A stretch of DNA of 64,000 bases from Candidatus Pelagibacter sp. (GCA_013823725.1 PNMQ01000004.1:33569-97568); one strand, 5' to 3'. Shown: positions 19,697 through 30,008, counted from the first letter of the stretch. Notes: generated by a model not told the origin, from the letters alone. A program made the numbers and translations.

Positions 19697-21589
19697 ATGA
19701 GTCAAAAAATCAAAAAAAACGATCCACAACAATACGACGATATCAATGATCTACCCTTAATGGAAATCAATAAAATGAATCCCATTCTCAGGAGATTGAT
19801 TACTCGTGGTAAAGAAAGAGGATACGTTACTTATGACGAATTAAATGAAGCCCTGCCCCAAGACCAATTATCTTCAGACCAAATTGATGAAACCATGACA
19901 CTTATCGCTGAGATGGGAATCAACGTTATCGATAGTGACGAAGAAACTGAAGAACCGCTATTGGGAGATGTGATAAAACCAGATCTTTCTGAATACGATT
20001 TTGGTGAAGCTCCAGAAGAATCTGAAGATGATGTAATGGGTCGAACAGACGACCCTGTTCGACTTTATTTACGTGAAATGGGTAACGTCGAACTTTTATC
20101 TCGTGAAGGTGAAATAAACATTGCCAAAAGAATTGAAAGCGGTTCTGTGGTTATGACAAAATGCATTTGTCAAAGCCCTATTACATCTTGGCTGATCAAA
20201 GATTGGAAAGAACTTATCAATGATAACAAGATGCTCATCAAAGATCTTATGCTTTCAGAAAGCAGTGGCGGTGCTGAAGATGAATTGGAAGAAGAAGATA
20301 CTTCTGATGACATTGATCTCCATGAAGAACCATCAACACTTGCTGAGATCGATGAAGCTACTAAAGCAAAAGTTATAGCTGCACTGGATAAATATATTGA
20401 TTTGTTCACAGCATTAACAAAAGAATATCGTCAAATGACAAGTCAAAAAAACACCCTTCAAAAACCAAGTGATGCTTATATCAAAATTCATGATGAAATT
20501 ACAGCACACTTTAAAGAAGAAATACGTTTAAACGGTTCTCGCATTGCAGACGTGATGCGCGCACATTCTAACATCAACAAAGTTTTTACCAATTTAGAAA
20601 AAAATATACTTTCTGCTGCTGATGCAAAAGGTGTTAAAAGAGACACTGCTTTTGCACATTTAGTCAACCAACCTTTTTCATATGAATGGCTTGAAAGTCT
20701 TTTAAAAGTTAAAGATAAACACTGGATGCCTTTCTTAGAAGAAAATTCAAAAAGCCTTCAAGATATCGTAACTGAAGCACAAATTATTGAAGAAAAATAC
20801 GATATTACTGTTTCTGATTTAAGATCTATTATTCAATCATTACAAAAAGGCGAAAGAGAATCATCAAAAGCTAAGAAAGAAATGATAGAAGCCAACCTTC
20901 GTCTTGTGATTTCTATTGCTAAAAAATATACCAACAGGGGATTACAATTTTTGGACCTTATCCAAGAAGGCAACATTGGGTTAATGAAAGCTGTTGATAA
21001 ATTTGAATATCAAAGAGGTTATAAATTTTCGACCTATGCAACATGGTGGATCCGTCAGGCTATTACACGATCCATTGCTGATCAAGCAAGAACTATTCGT
21101 ATCCCCGTTCATATGATTGAAACCATCAATAAATTAGTTCGAACTTCTCGTCAAATTATGAATGATATAGGACGCGAACCAACACCAGAAGAATTATCAG
21201 AAAAATTGATGATGCCGCTTGATAAAGTGCGCAAAGTCATGAAGATTGCAAAAGAGCCAATCAGTCTTGAAACGCCAATAGGAGATGAAGAAGATAGTCA
21301 CTTGGGCGACTTCATCGAAGATAAAATGGCTATATTACCTGTTGACTCAGCGATCCATGCAAACTTAAGGGAAACTACAACAAAGATTTTATCTTCTCTA
21401 ACTCCTCGTGAAGAAAAAGTTCTGCGTATGCGCTTTGGTATTGGAATGAATACAGACCACACTTTAGAAGAAGTCGGCCAACAGTTCGCTGTAACACGTG
21501 AACGTATTCGTCAAATTGAAGCGAAGGCTTTGCGTAAATTAAAGCATCCAAGTCGCTCTAGAAAACTTCGCAGTTTCCTCGATACATAA
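19697..21589 (+). CDS. rpoD: RNA polymerase sigma-70 factor RpoD
   Basis: [11 protein letters not shown], region 2 [27 protein letters not shown], and region 4.2 [29 protein letters not shown]. Confidence 0.95.
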   Translation: MSQKIKKNDPQQYDDINDLPLMEINKMNPILRRLITRGKERGYVTYDELNEALPQDQLSSDQIDETMTLIAEMGINVIDSDEETEEPLLGDVIKPDLSEYDFGEAPEESEDDVMGRTDDPVRLYLREMGNVELLSREGEINIAKRIESGSVVMTKCICQSPITSWLIKDWKELINDNKMLIKDLMLSESSGGAEDELEEEDTSDDIDLHEEPSTLAEIDEATKAKVIAALDKYIDLFTALTKEYRQMTSQKNTLQKPSDAYIKIHDEITAHFKEEIRLNGSRIADVMRAHSNINKVFTNLEKNILSAADAKGVKRDTAFAHLVNQPFSYEWLESLLKVKDKHWMPFLEENSKSLQDIVTEAQIIEEKYDITVSDLRSIIQSLQKGERESSKAKKEMIEANLRLVISIAKKYTNRGLQFLDLIQEGNIGLMKAVDKFEYQRGYKFSTYATWWIRQAITRSIADQARTIRIPVHMIETINKLVRTSRQIMNDIGREPTPEELSEKLMMPLDKVRKVMKIAKEPISLETPIGDEEDSHLGDFIEDKMAILPVDSAIHANLRETTTKILSSLTPREEKVLRMRFGIGMNTDHTLEEVGQQFAVTRERIRQIEAKALRKLKHPSRSRKLRSFLDT

Positions 21590-21601
21590 AAAAAATCTAA
21601 A

Positions 21602-22399
21602 ATGAAAGTTGCTTTTTGGAATGTAAATTCAGTGCGCCCCAGACTTCCACAAGTTCTAGAGTGGATCAAAGAGGAGCAACCTGATGTTTTGTGCCTTCAA
21701 GAAATCAAATGTCAAGAACATGAATTCCCCACAGAACCGTTTGAAGAGGAAGGGTTTCAATGTGCTGTATTTGGTCAAAAATCATATAATGGCGTAGCTA
21801 TACTTTCAAAATATGCTATAGAAGACATTCAGAAAAATAATCCTTATTTCCAGGATGATCAATCTCGTATTCTAGAATGCGTCATTGACGGATGGCTTAG
21901 AGTTGTTAATGTCTACGTGCCCAATGGACAAGCCGTTGGCACAGAAAAAATGGATTATAAATTAGACTTTTTAAAATCGTTTAAAGAATATATCAAGTCA
22001 CGAATGAAGCTAGAAAACCCACTCATTATTGGTGGTGATTTTAATGTTGCTCCAACACCTCAAGATGCCCACAAGTCTGCACAACAAGATAAGGATGTTT
22101 TATGTTCTCCACAAGAACGCAAAGCTTTCAGAGAACTTCTGCATCTAGGATTACTCGATACCATCAGAGAATTTAATATCCAGGCAAAAGATTTATTCAG
22201 TTGGTGGGATTATCGCAGTGGTTCATTTCAAAGCAATAAGGGTTTTCGAATCGATCACATATTAGCCTCTGCTATGGCATTTAATAGCCCAGAATACAAA
22301 ATTATAAATTGTGGGATAGAATCTTCTCCAAGATCTAATGAAAGACCTTCAGATCATGCGCCTATTTGGGTGAAGATTGAAAAAATAAATAAAATTTAA
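21602..22399 (+). CDS. xthA: Exodeoxyribonuclease III
   Basis: MKVAFWNVNSVR, LCLQE, GGDFNVAP, the WWDYR...FRIDH block and C-terminal SDHAPIWV. Confidence 0.9.
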   Translation: MKVAFWNVNSVRPRLPQVLEWIKEEQPDVLCLQEIKCQEHEFPTEPFEEEGFQCAVFGQKSYNGVAILSKYAIEDIQKNNPYFQDDQSRILECVIDGWLRVVNVYVPNGQAVGTEKMDYKLDFLKSFKEYIKSRMKLENPLIIGGDFNVAPTPQDAHKSAQQDKDVLCSPQERKAFRELLHLGLLDTIREFNIQAKDLFSWWDYRSGSFQSNKGFRIDHILASAMAFNSPEYKIINCGIESSPRSNERPSDHAPIWVKIEKINKI

Positions 22400-22444
22400 A
22401 CAAATCAATAAAAAATAAATATAACAATAAATTATAAATAAGAT

Positions 22445-22948
22445 ATGTTGGAAAAAATTATTGAGCTATCAAGTATTAACATCAATGAAACAGATTCAAA
22501 TTCGAAAAGATATGAAAAGAATGCAAAAATTGACGCATATTATCGTAATGCACTTACGCAAATACATAACGGAAAATGGATTTCGTGGAATTGGAGCGCG
22601 TTCTTCTTATCTGTACTTTGGATGCTATATAGAAACATGCTACTTCTTCCTTTAATGATAATAGGAATTGATATTATTACAGAGTGCACTTTCTCTGAAA
22701 AATTAATCGAAAGTGTCGCTCAGTTTGCATGGCTATATTTGATTTTTTTTGGATTATTTAACAATAAAATATACTATCACCATCTGAAACGCAAAGTTGA
22801 AAAAGGATATACAAGATCGATGATTCAACCTACTAACCATACTTTTAAAAAAATCCTTTTTTTATTTTTATCTCTATTATTCACAGTAAACATTGTGTTT
22901 TTATATTTATCAAAAAGAAAACATCAAAAAAAATGTCGAACTAGATGA
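22445..22948 (+). CDS. DUF2628-like small membrane protein
   Basis: NGKWISWNWSAFFLSVLWMLYRNM resembles the DUF2628 core (xNWxAFxxxxxWxxYRxM). Several TM helices and a basic tail. Confidence 0.45.
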   Translation: MLEKIIELSSININETDSNSKRYEKNAKIDAYYRNALTQIHNGKWISWNWSAFFLSVLWMLYRNMLLLPLMIIGIDIITECTFSEKLIESVAQFAWLYLIFFGLFNNKIYYHHLKRKVEKGYTRSMIQPTNHTFKKILFLFLSLLFTVNIVFLYLSKRKHQKKCRTR

Positions 22949-23238
22949 CAAGTTTTCGATTTATTTCTTTCTCTTGAGTTTATTATGCATTATTGCATTC
23001 ATTCAAACTTTTTTGAACTATCTGAATGCGAAAAAAATACTCAAAAAATCAATTATAAAATAGAGAAGACATTAGACAACTGTGATATAGAATAGTAGAT
23101 TCTATCCATTCCCGGCACCTTCCATATGATATTTAAAGCTAATGTGTTTACTTTTTAGCGCTACGTCTTATTATTTAATCCCAAATATTAGGTTTAAATT
23201 TGAATTGGTGTAATATTATACTTTTGGTTAATAATATT

Positions 23239-23270
23239 ATTAGATTAGATTAGATTAGATTAGATTAGAT
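23239..23270. repeat. Pentanucleotide microsatellite (ATTAG/TAGAT) x6.4
   Basis: Perfect tandem repeat read directly: at-tagat-tagat-tagat-tagat-tagat-tagat. It lies in the 368-bp spacer between the convergent 22445..22948 ORF and rpoN. Confidence 0.9.
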
Positions 23271-23316
23271 GTGAATAATATAACTAAAAAGAAGGTTTAT
23301 CTTATCATATTTATTT

Positions 23317-24729
23317 CTAACTGAATATTTCACAAGAAGCATGAGCTCTATAAATCTTTTTCCTTTGTGAAGAAGAAGCTATCCCTAAAATAGTACGATA
23401 CTTCGATACTGTTCTACGAGCAATGTCAAAGCCTTTGGTGTTTAAAAGCTCAACTAAATCTTCATCTGATAACGGTCTATCTTTTGGTTCTTCGAACACA
23501 ATATCTTTAATTGCATTTTGAATTTCTATGGAAGAATTAGCACTAGCCATATTTCCCACTAAATTGCTAAATAAACTTTTTAAATTCATGATACCTCTTG
23601 GTGTATCCAAAGTTTTCGACGTGCTAATACGACTAACCGTACTTTCGTGCAAATCTGTAAGCTGAGATACATCTTTGAGTGTCATTGGAACTAAAGGCCC
23701 CACATTACAAAAGAAATTGTTTTGAATTTTTGCAACAGCTTGAGAAACTTTTAACATCGTTATCGCACGTTTTTGCAAAGACTGAATTAACCAATTAGCA
23801 GCGTAAAATTTATCTTTTAGATAATCTAAATCATCCGACGAATTAAATTTTTTCTTTAATTCATTAAAATATGAAGAATTGACTATTACTTTGGGTAATG
23901 ATTGTGGATTTAATCGTACATCTAGATCATGATACTGATTTTTGGATATAACAATATCCGGACAACGTGTTTGAATGTCTGAAAATTGATTCTCAAAATT
24001 TCTTGCTGGATGAAAATCTAAATTTTTTAAAATCTTTAAAAATTTAATAAAATCATTTTCTTTGAAAGTGAATTGTTTGCAAACACTTGATAAATCCATT
24101 TTTTGTAATAACTTAAACGCAGCAATATAGTTTTGTATTTGTTCATCTCTATATATATTTGCATAGTAATCATCTTTTAATCTTATTTGAATTCTGAAAC
24201 TTTCATATATATCCTGCGCAAATATGCCGATAGGTTCTAAGTTTTTAAGTTTCGTTAGAACAAAATCTATGTCGTGCTCTTGATCTTTGAAAATTTCATA
24301 TGCATTTTTCCAATGTGAATTTAAAAAACCGTCTTCATTTAAATTATGAAAAAAATAAAAAGCGATTTCTTGATGTCGTTCATTATTAAACGTCTGATAT
24401 ATTTGGTGCGTAACAAAGTGATGAAATGAAAGAGGACTATTCCACAGTGGCTTTTCTGAAGTAAGACCATATTCCTGTTGAGAAGTGTTACTATGTGCGT
24501 CACCATTATTACCATAATCATCTGAAAATTTTTCTTCTTCAGATTCAGACGTTTGTGTTTTTCCTTCTTCATAAAGTTCCAATAAAGGATTTTCCATTAC
24601 TTGATTTAATACAAAATCATTCAATTCATCAGCAGAAAACTGAAGCAAATGAATAGCTTGCTGTAACCTAGTTGTTAGGACAAGCTGTGATCCTTGACGG
24701 AGTTTTAACGAAATTTCATTTCTAATCAT
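23317..24729 (-). CDS. rpoN: RNA polymerase sigma-54 factor
   Basis: Region I LRQGSQLVLTTRLQQAIHLLQ, an acidic region II, and the C-terminal RpoN box ARRTVSKYR. It follows lptB as in many proteobacteria. Confidence 0.9.
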   Translation of the reverse strand: MIRNEISLKLRQGSQLVLTTRLQQAIHLLQFSADELNDFVLNQVMENPLLELYEEGKTQTSESEEEKFSDDYGNNGDAHSNTSQQEYGLTSEKPLWNSPLSFHHFVTHQIYQTFNNERHQEIAFYFFHNLNEDGFLNSHWKNAYEIFKDQEHDIDFVLTKLKNLEPIGIFAQDIYESFRIQIRLKDDYYANIYRDEQIQNYIAAFKLLQKMDLSSVCKQFTFKENDFIKFLKILKNLDFHPARNFENQFSDIQTRCPDIVISKNQYHDLDVRLNPQSLPKVIVNSSYFNELKKKFNSSDDLDYLKDKFYAANWLIQSLQKRAITMLKVSQAVAKIQNNFFCNVGPLVPMTLKDVSQLTDLHESTVSRISTSKTLDTPRGIMNLKSLFSNLVGNMASANSSIEIQNAIKDIVFEEPKDRPLSDEDLVELLNTKGFDIARRTVSKYRTILGIASSSQRKKIYRAHASCEIFS

Positions 24730-24738
24730 ACCCTCAGT

Positions 24739-25524
24739 TTAAAGGGTAAATCTTTCTCCAAGGTAAACGCGACGAACATTTTCATCATTAATAATCATTT
24801 TTGCCGTACCTTCGCAAATAATATGTCCACCCGATAAAATATAGGCCTTATCGACAATTTCAAGCGTGTCACGCACATTATGATCTGTAATTAAAATTCC
24901 CAGACCTAAAGATTTTAAATGTGAAATAATTTCTCGAATTTCAGATACTGCTATGGGATCAATACCTGCTAAAGGCTCGTCTAATAGCAAAAAGGAGGGT
25001 TTCATTGCCAATGCTCGTGCAATTTCAACGCGTCTACGTTCTCCTCCAGATAAGGCTAATGCTGGTGACTGTCTGATATGAGTAATTGAAAATTCATCCA
25101 ATAATATATCAGTTATAAATTGACGTTTATCAAAATCTTTTTCATAAAACTCCAAAACAGCCAAAATATTATCTTCAACAGTCATGCTTCTAAAAATCGA
25201 TGAATCTTGGGGTAAATAACCCATACCGTGTCTTGCTCTTTGATGAAGAGGTAATTTTGTAATATCGAGATCATCTAATAAAACTTCACCATGATCTGGC
25301 GTGGTTAATCCTGCAATAATAGAAAAGCAAGTTGTCTTTCCAGCGCCATTAGGTCCTAATAAACCAACCGCCTCACCTTTATTAACTGTGATATTAATTC
25401 CTTGTAAAATAAGTCGATGTTTATAGGATTTATAAATATTTCGAGCGATTATAGTTTCGCATGATTTTTCTAAACCTAAATTTAAGTATTCATACAACGA
25501 TTGAGAGTATTTTTTATTCTTCAT
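24739..25524 (-). CDS. lptB: LPS export ABC transporter ATP-binding protein
   Basis: Walker A GPNGAGKTT, signature LSGGERRRVEIARAL and Walker B LLLDEPLAGIDP. Located between the lptA-like gene and rpoN. Confidence 0.9.
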   Translation of the reverse strand: MKNKKYSQSLYEYLNLGLEKSCETIIARNIYKSYKHRLILQGINITVNKGEAVGLLGPNGAGKTTCFSIIAGLTTPDHGEVLLDDLDITKLPLHQRARHGMGYLPQDSSIFRSMTVEDNILAVLEFYEKDFDKRQFITDILLDEFSITHIRQSPALALSGGERRRVEIARALAMKPSFLLLDEPLAGIDPIAVSEIREIISHLKSLGLGILITDHNVRDTLEIVDKAYILSGGHIICEGTAKMIINDENVRRVYLGERFTL

Positions 25525-25536
25525 TGTTTTATAATA

Positions 25537-26085
25537 TTACGAGTTCTTTTGGGGTATAACAAAATGCGCTTCAGCAAATCCAGATTGATTTGATTTTACT
25601 TCAAATAATAGTGTATTAAAATTGAAATGAACACAATCACCCTGAATTTTATTTTTATCAATCATAATTTCCACATGACCAGTACAATCTATAATATTAT
25701 TTTGATAAACACATTTTTTCGCATGTATAGAAATAGTCTTATCAGAATCTTGAAGTGGTTCAAGCGTAATATAAACAGGTCCTTCAAGGATAATCGTATT
25801 AATTTGTGTTATTTTTTTTGATTGATCTACCTCTTTATTTTGATGTGCAACAATTATTTTTTTAGTACATATCAGATTTTTATGTGTCCTTGAATTCCAT
25901 GAAACTTTTGCATCAATACTTCCGCTATGCACAATGGAAACATTTTTATTAGGATCATACTCAATTATGTCTCCTGTAATTTTCATATCTGACTGGGGTG
26001 CTATATCAACTTCTTTAGACGAATCTGAGCATGCCGAGTTCCAGTGAAAAGTAATTAAAGCAAAAAAAACAATGACTAACTTCAA
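25537..26085 (-). CDS. LptA/OstA-like periplasmic LPS transport protein
   Basis: 182 aa with a signal peptide and beta-rich repeated segments (ITGDIIEYD..., IQGDCVHFNF...). It sits immediately upstream of lptB. I cannot distinguish LptA from LptC. Confidence 0.5.
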   Translation of the reverse strand: MKLVIVFFALITFHWNSACSDSSKEVDIAPQSDMKITGDIIEYDPNKNVSIVHSGSIDAKVSWNSRTHKNLICTKKIIVAHQNKEVDQSKKITQINTIILEGPVYITLEPLQDSDKTISIHAKKCVYQNNIIDCTGHVEIMIDKNKIQGDCVHFNFNTLLFEVKSNQSGFAEAHFVIPQKNS

Positions 26086-26119
26086 AAATAATAACCTATG
26101 TAGAATGACATACTATTAT

Positions 26120-27385
26120 CTACATATTCCGTCTAATCCAGGAAGTAATTTTTTTCCAAAGTGACATTTTTTTAAGCCCAAGTTGTTTCAAATCATACAA
26201 TTCCATTTCTTGCGCTGCAAATAACAGCAGTCCAGCAGTTACTGAAAAGCTTGGGTTTTGTATGATTTCTGATGTTCCGTAAATACCCATAGGATGTGAT
26301 AATCGCGTTGGAAGGCCAAACAAACTTGTAATTAATTCTTTTAAACCTTGTATCTGACTTACACCACCTGTTACGACAATTTGCCTGAATGCTGACTGAT
26401 CTAACTCCTTCGATTTGAATTTAAGCATAATCTGTTCAAGAATTTCTTCAATACGAGACCTAATAATATGAACCAAAAAACCACGTGCTATGTGCCTTGT
26501 GTGTATAGGCGCAACTTCGCCAACTTGCGATAAAACAATATTTTCTTTCTCTTCACTTTTTTGCATAAAAAGATTACCATACAAATTTTTAAGTCTTTCA
26601 GCCTGGGCAACATCTATACCTAAACCTTTTGCAATATCATGGGTGATTTGTATCCCACCTAAAGGTATGGTTGCCGTACTAGTCATGGAACCATCTTTAA
26701 ACGTTGTTACTGTTGTTTGCCCAGCACCAATATCAATATGTGTAACTCCTAACGACATTTCATCAGATAGCAGTGTAGACATTGCAGAAGCATACGGTGC
26801 AGCAATAAAACCCGCAACATCAAGATGACAACGAGAAATGCATAAACTAATATTATTAATCAATTCATTTTTTGTAGTCATAACCAAAAGTTTTGCTTCT
26901 AATTTTTGCCCCACCATTCCTTTAGGATCTGTGATCCCTGTAAGGTTATCGACAGAATAACTTAATGGAAGGATATGCAAGACATGCTGATTTAAACGCT
27001 TAAATTTTTCACTATTAAGAGTAAAAATTTTCTGCAAGTGCTCTTGTGAAATGGGGTGTTTTGATAAAGAAATTTCAGTTTTCACAACATGAGAAACAAT
27101 CCAACGACCTGGTATAGATACGTACAGCTCTCTAATATTGTGCTGAGCACTTTGTTCTGCAGCGTGAACAGCGTTTAAAATCGAATCTTCAAGATCTTCA
27201 ATATCAATGATATTGCCACCCCTTAACCCTTTTGAAAGTTGGTAGCCTATTCCTAATATTTTAATAGAAGCGTCACTCGATTGATTCATATGCTGAATCT
27301 TTCCAACAGCGCAAGATACTTTGCTGGAACCGATATCAAGTGCACCAAAAATATTTTTAGTTTCGATAACTTTTGTTTGAAACAT
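26120..27385 (-). CDS. ftsA: Cell division protein FtsA
   Basis: Actin-like ATPase blocks ALDIGSSKVSCAV, HIDIGAGQTTV and VVTGGVSQIQGL, plus a C-terminal amphipathic tail. Confidence 0.9.
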   Translation of the reverse strand: MFQTKVIETKNIFGALDIGSSKVSCAVGKIQHMNQSSDASIKILGIGYQLSKGLRGGNIIDIEDLEDSILNAVHAAEQSAQHNIRELYVSIPGRWIVSHVVKTEISLSKHPISQEHLQKIFTLNSEKFKRLNQHVLHILPLSYSVDNLTGITDPKGMVGQKLEAKLLVMTTKNELINNISLCISRCHLDVAGFIAAPYASAMSTLLSDEMSLGVTHIDIGAGQTTVTTFKDGSMTSTATIPLGGIQITHDIAKGLGIDVAQAERLKNLYGNLFMQKSEEKENIVLSQVGEVAPIHTRHIARGFLVHIIRSRIEEILEQIMLKFKSKELDQSAFRQIVVTGGVSQIQGLKELITSLFGLPTRLSHPMGIYGTSEIIQNPSFSVTAGLLLFAAQEMELYDLKQLGLKKMSLWKKITSWIRRNM

Positions 27386-27533
27386 ATTTATAATAATTAC
27401 TAGATGAGGTTTAGTTTAATTTATTGAGCAGTATACTACTTATATATAAATAATTCTATCACAAAAAGAGACTATTTAGTCATATATTTTTAAAAACATT
27501 AAAATTTAATTTCAAAAAAAGAGAACTTCAGGC

Positions 27534-27562
27534 TTGCCTTAACGTTTATCAAAGATTATCAT
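27534..27562 (+). promoter_or_regulatory. Putative sigma-70 promoter of hfq
   Basis: TTGCCT (27534-27539), a 17-nt spacer, then TATCAT (27557-27562), 37 nt upstream of the hfq ATG. This is a pattern match only in an AT-rich spacer. Confidence 0.25.
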
Positions 27563-27598
27563 CAAATTTTAGTAAAATAATAAATAAAAGGAAAAAAT

Positions 27599-27901
27599 AT
27601 GGCCAGCGAGAAGCCCGTGAATGTCCAAGATGTTTTTTTAAATCATGTTCGTAAAAATAAAAATTCATTGACAATTTTTTTGATCAATGGAGTCAAATTG
27701 CAAGGCGTAGTTACTTGGTTCGACCAAGCAACCATATTATTACGAAGAGAAGGACATTCTCAGCTCGTGTATAAACATGCCATTTCCACTATTATGCCAC
27801 AAGGTTTTATGGGGCTTTTTGACCAAGGCAATTCAAATCATGAAAACAATCAGAATCACAATCATTCTAGTGATGATAACGATGACTCTGAAGAGGGTTA
27901 A
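27599..27901 (+). CDS. hfq: RNA chaperone Hfq
   Basis: [11 protein letters not shown]...[16 protein letters not shown]...[12 protein letters not shown] (Sm1/Sm2 motifs), plus a His/Asn/Asp-rich C-terminal tail. Confidence 0.95.
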   Translation: MASEKPVNVQDVFLNHVRKNKNSLTIFLINGVKLQGVVTWFDQATILLRREGHSQLVYKHAISTIMPQGFMGLFDQGNSNHENNQNHNHSSDDNDDSEEG

Positions 27902-27950
27902 TATATCCAAGAATCTATCCCGTTGATTTTATTTAGATACATATGATATA

Positions 27951-27991
27951 AATAATTACCTGATCAAGTAATGATGAGGTAATTATTTTTT
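27951..27991 (+). terminator. Hairpin plus T-run downstream of hfq
   Basis: Perfect 10-bp stem AATAATTACC (27951-27960) / GGTAATTATT (27978-27987), a 17-nt loop, then TTTT. The AT-rich stem and long loop lower confidence. Confidence 0.4.
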
Positions 27992-28005
27992 AAGGAAATG
28001 TTCAA

Positions 28006-28860
28006 ATGAGTTGGCTAGCTGATTTTGTTAAACCAAAAATACAAGCTTTAATGAAAAAAAGCTCTCTTCCAGAGAATTTGTGGACAAAATGTTCTAAATG
28101 TGAACACTTACTCTTCACCAAAGAATTAGAAGATAACCTTAATGTGTGCCATTATTGCGGCAACCACATGAGGATTGATATCGCTTTACGCTTACGATCG
28201 CTTTACGACAACGCTCTATATGAAGAATTCCCCATTTCTAAAGTTGTTCAAGATCCCTTAAAATTCAAAGATAGCAAAAAATATACTGATCGATTAAAAG
28301 AAGCAAAAAGCAAAACCCACAGAGAAGATAGCGTTATCGCAACTTTCGGACACATTAACAATGTACCCGCCGTTATAGCAGGATTTGATTTCAACTTCAT
28401 GGGAGGATCCCTAGGCATTGCAGCAGGAGAAGCCCTAGTTATTGCATCACAAAAAGCAATAGAAAAAAAATGTGGACTTATTATCATTTCAGCATCAGGT
28501 GGAGCACGCATGCAAGAAGGTGTTTTATCCCTCATGCAAATGCCAAGATCGATTATTGCTGTTGAAAAAGTCAAAGAAGCAGGTCTACCCTATATTTCCG
28601 TACTAACAGACCCTACCACAGGCGGTGTTTTAGCCTCATTTTCCATGTTAGGCGACATAGCTATAGCCGAACCCAATAGCCTAATTGGCTTTACCGGAGC
28701 AAGAGTTATAGAGGAGACAATCAGACAAAAGCTTCCAGAAGGGTTTCAAAGAGCAGAATATCTTCTTGATCACGGGATGATTGATATCATAACGCACCGA
28801 TCAGAAATGAAAAAAATATTATCCCAATTATTACAACACTGCTACAATGGGATCCGCTAA
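28006..28860 (+). CDS. accD: Acetyl-CoA carboxylase carboxyltransferase beta subunit
   Basis: N-terminal Zn ribbon CSKCEHLLF...CHYCGNH and the carboxyltransferase core FMGGSLG...SGGARMQEG. Confidence 0.9.
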   Translation: MSWLADFVKPKIQALMKKSSLPENLWTKCSKCEHLLFTKELEDNLNVCHYCGNHMRIDIALRLRSLYDNALYEEFPISKVVQDPLKFKDSKKYTDRLKEAKSKTHREDSVIATFGHINNVPAVIAGFDFNFMGGSLGIAAGEALVIASQKAIEKKCGLIIISASGGARMQEGVLSLMQMPRSIIAVEKVKEAGLPYISVLTDPTTGGVLASFSMLGDIAIAEPNSLIGFTGARVIEETIRQKLPEGFQRAEYLLDHGMIDIITHRSEMKKILSQLLQHCYNGIR

Positions 28861-29615
28861 ATTTTCAAAAAATACCTGATTTGGGATTTAAAAAAATCAC
28901 CATAATAAGTTAGAATTGAGGAAGCAATCATACTCAATACAACAAATCCAATCCATAGTTGCAGCGGCATTGTAATGAAAAACAACTGAACTTGAGGGAT
29001 GATGCGCCCCAAAAAACCCAGCGTCAACTGACTGATAAGAAATACAATCAGCAAAGGCGCTACTAATTGCAAACTAATCTGGAAAGTTTGAGCAACAATC
29101 TGAATTAAGCTCTTTGAGTATTCTCCAAAAGGAATAGAACTCATCATAGGAAACAAGACATATGTGCTAACAAAAGCATTCAGAATCAGATGATGAAGAT
29201 CCAAGCTTAAAAAAATAACAACACCAAATACGTTGAACACATTAGACAACAGCGTGCTTTCTGGCAAATTTGGGTTAAAAGAATTTGCACTAGACAATCC
29301 CATAAAATCGCTCACAAAGTGACCAACGTACTCCAAGATCATAGCTATCAACCTACTCATAGCTCCAATAAAAGAACCTATAATAAGCTCCTTAATCATT
29401 TCTTTCATAAGCAAAATAAAATGCAAATCACTGCTTGACTTTACAGATATTAAAGGCAAAATGAGAAAAGAAAAACCAAGGCTAATAAAAAGTCGAATTC
29501 TGCCAGGGATTTCTTTCTGAGACAAAAAAGGCACTAAGGAAAAAACACCCAGAACGCGACAAAAGACTAAAAAGAAATCAAAAAAGTCTTTAAGTATAAA
29601 ATGCTGATCCATCAT
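28857..29615 (-). CDS. fliR: Flagellar (type III) export apparatus protein FliR
   Basis: 252 aa polytopic membrane protein. The N-terminus FFLVFCRVLGVFSLVPFLSQKEIPGRIRL matches the FliR/SctT pattern. It sits directly after fliQ. Confidence 0.7.
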   Translation of the reverse strand: MMDQHFILKDFFDFFLVFCRVLGVFSLVPFLSQKEIPGRIRLFISLGFSFLILPLISVKSSSDLHFILLMKEMIKELIIGSFIGAMSRLIAMILEYVGHFVSDFMGLSSANSFNPNLPESTLLSNVFNVFGVVIFLSLDLHHLILNAFVSTYVLFPMMSSIPFGEYSKSLIQIVAQTFQISLQLVAPLLIVFLISQLTLGFLGRIIPQVQLFFITMPLQLWIGFVVLSMIASSILTYYGDFFKSQIRYFLKI

Positions 29616-29617
29616 AG

Positions 29618-29887
29618 CTAATGCGACAATTGCTGAATTTTATCAAAAAGAGACAAAGAAAAATTGAACAATATGCTTGATAGATAATTAGACAACAAAA
29701 TAACAGAAAAAAGAATTGCAAAAAGCTTTGGAACGAATGTAATTGTTTGCTCTTGAAGCTGCACAAGAGTCTGCAACAAAGAAATAACACTACCCACTAC
29801 TAAAGCAATCAACAAAATAGGAGAAGACATTTTCAAAACAACAAAAATAGATTCTTTCAAAAGATCCGTAACGTCCGCAGGTAGCAT
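29618..29887 (-). CDS. fliQ: Flagellar (type III) export apparatus protein FliQ
   Basis: 89 aa with two TM helices. SPILLIALVVGSVISLLQTLVQLQEQTITFVPKL is the FliQ/SctS signature. Confidence 0.75.
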   Translation of the reverse strand: MLPADVTDLLKESIFVVLKMSSPILLIALVVGSVISLLQTLVQLQEQTITFVPKLFAILFSVILLSNYLSSILFNFSLSLFDKIQQLSH

Positions 29888-29913
29888 AGCAATTCCTTGT
29901 ATCTAAAAGATGA

Positions 29914-29942
29914 TTGACATGATAAAAAGTTTCATGTAGTAT
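29914..29942 (+). promoter_or_regulatory. Putative sigma-70 promoter of rplU-rpmA(-atp)
   Basis: Exact TTGACA (29914-29919), a 17-nt spacer, then TAGTAT (29937-29942), 66 nt upstream of the rplU ATG. Pattern match only. Confidence 0.3.
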
Positions 29943-30008
29943 TATTGGATATAATAAGTTTGTAATTTAACTTTAAATCAATTGACCATAGCTTGAAAGA
30001 TATTTTTA

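Noticed and set aside
26490-26828. 112-aa ORF antisense to ftsA, and the comparable antisense ORF 28248..28574 in accD
   Set aside because: They are antisense shadows of well-supported genes.
28857-29887. Possibility that fliQ/fliR are injectisome (SctS/SctT) rather than flagellar genes
   Set aside because: The sequence alone cannot decide. I kept the flagellar names because of the FliL-like, cheY/CheZ-like and rpoN genes in the window. The alternative is flagged in the finding.
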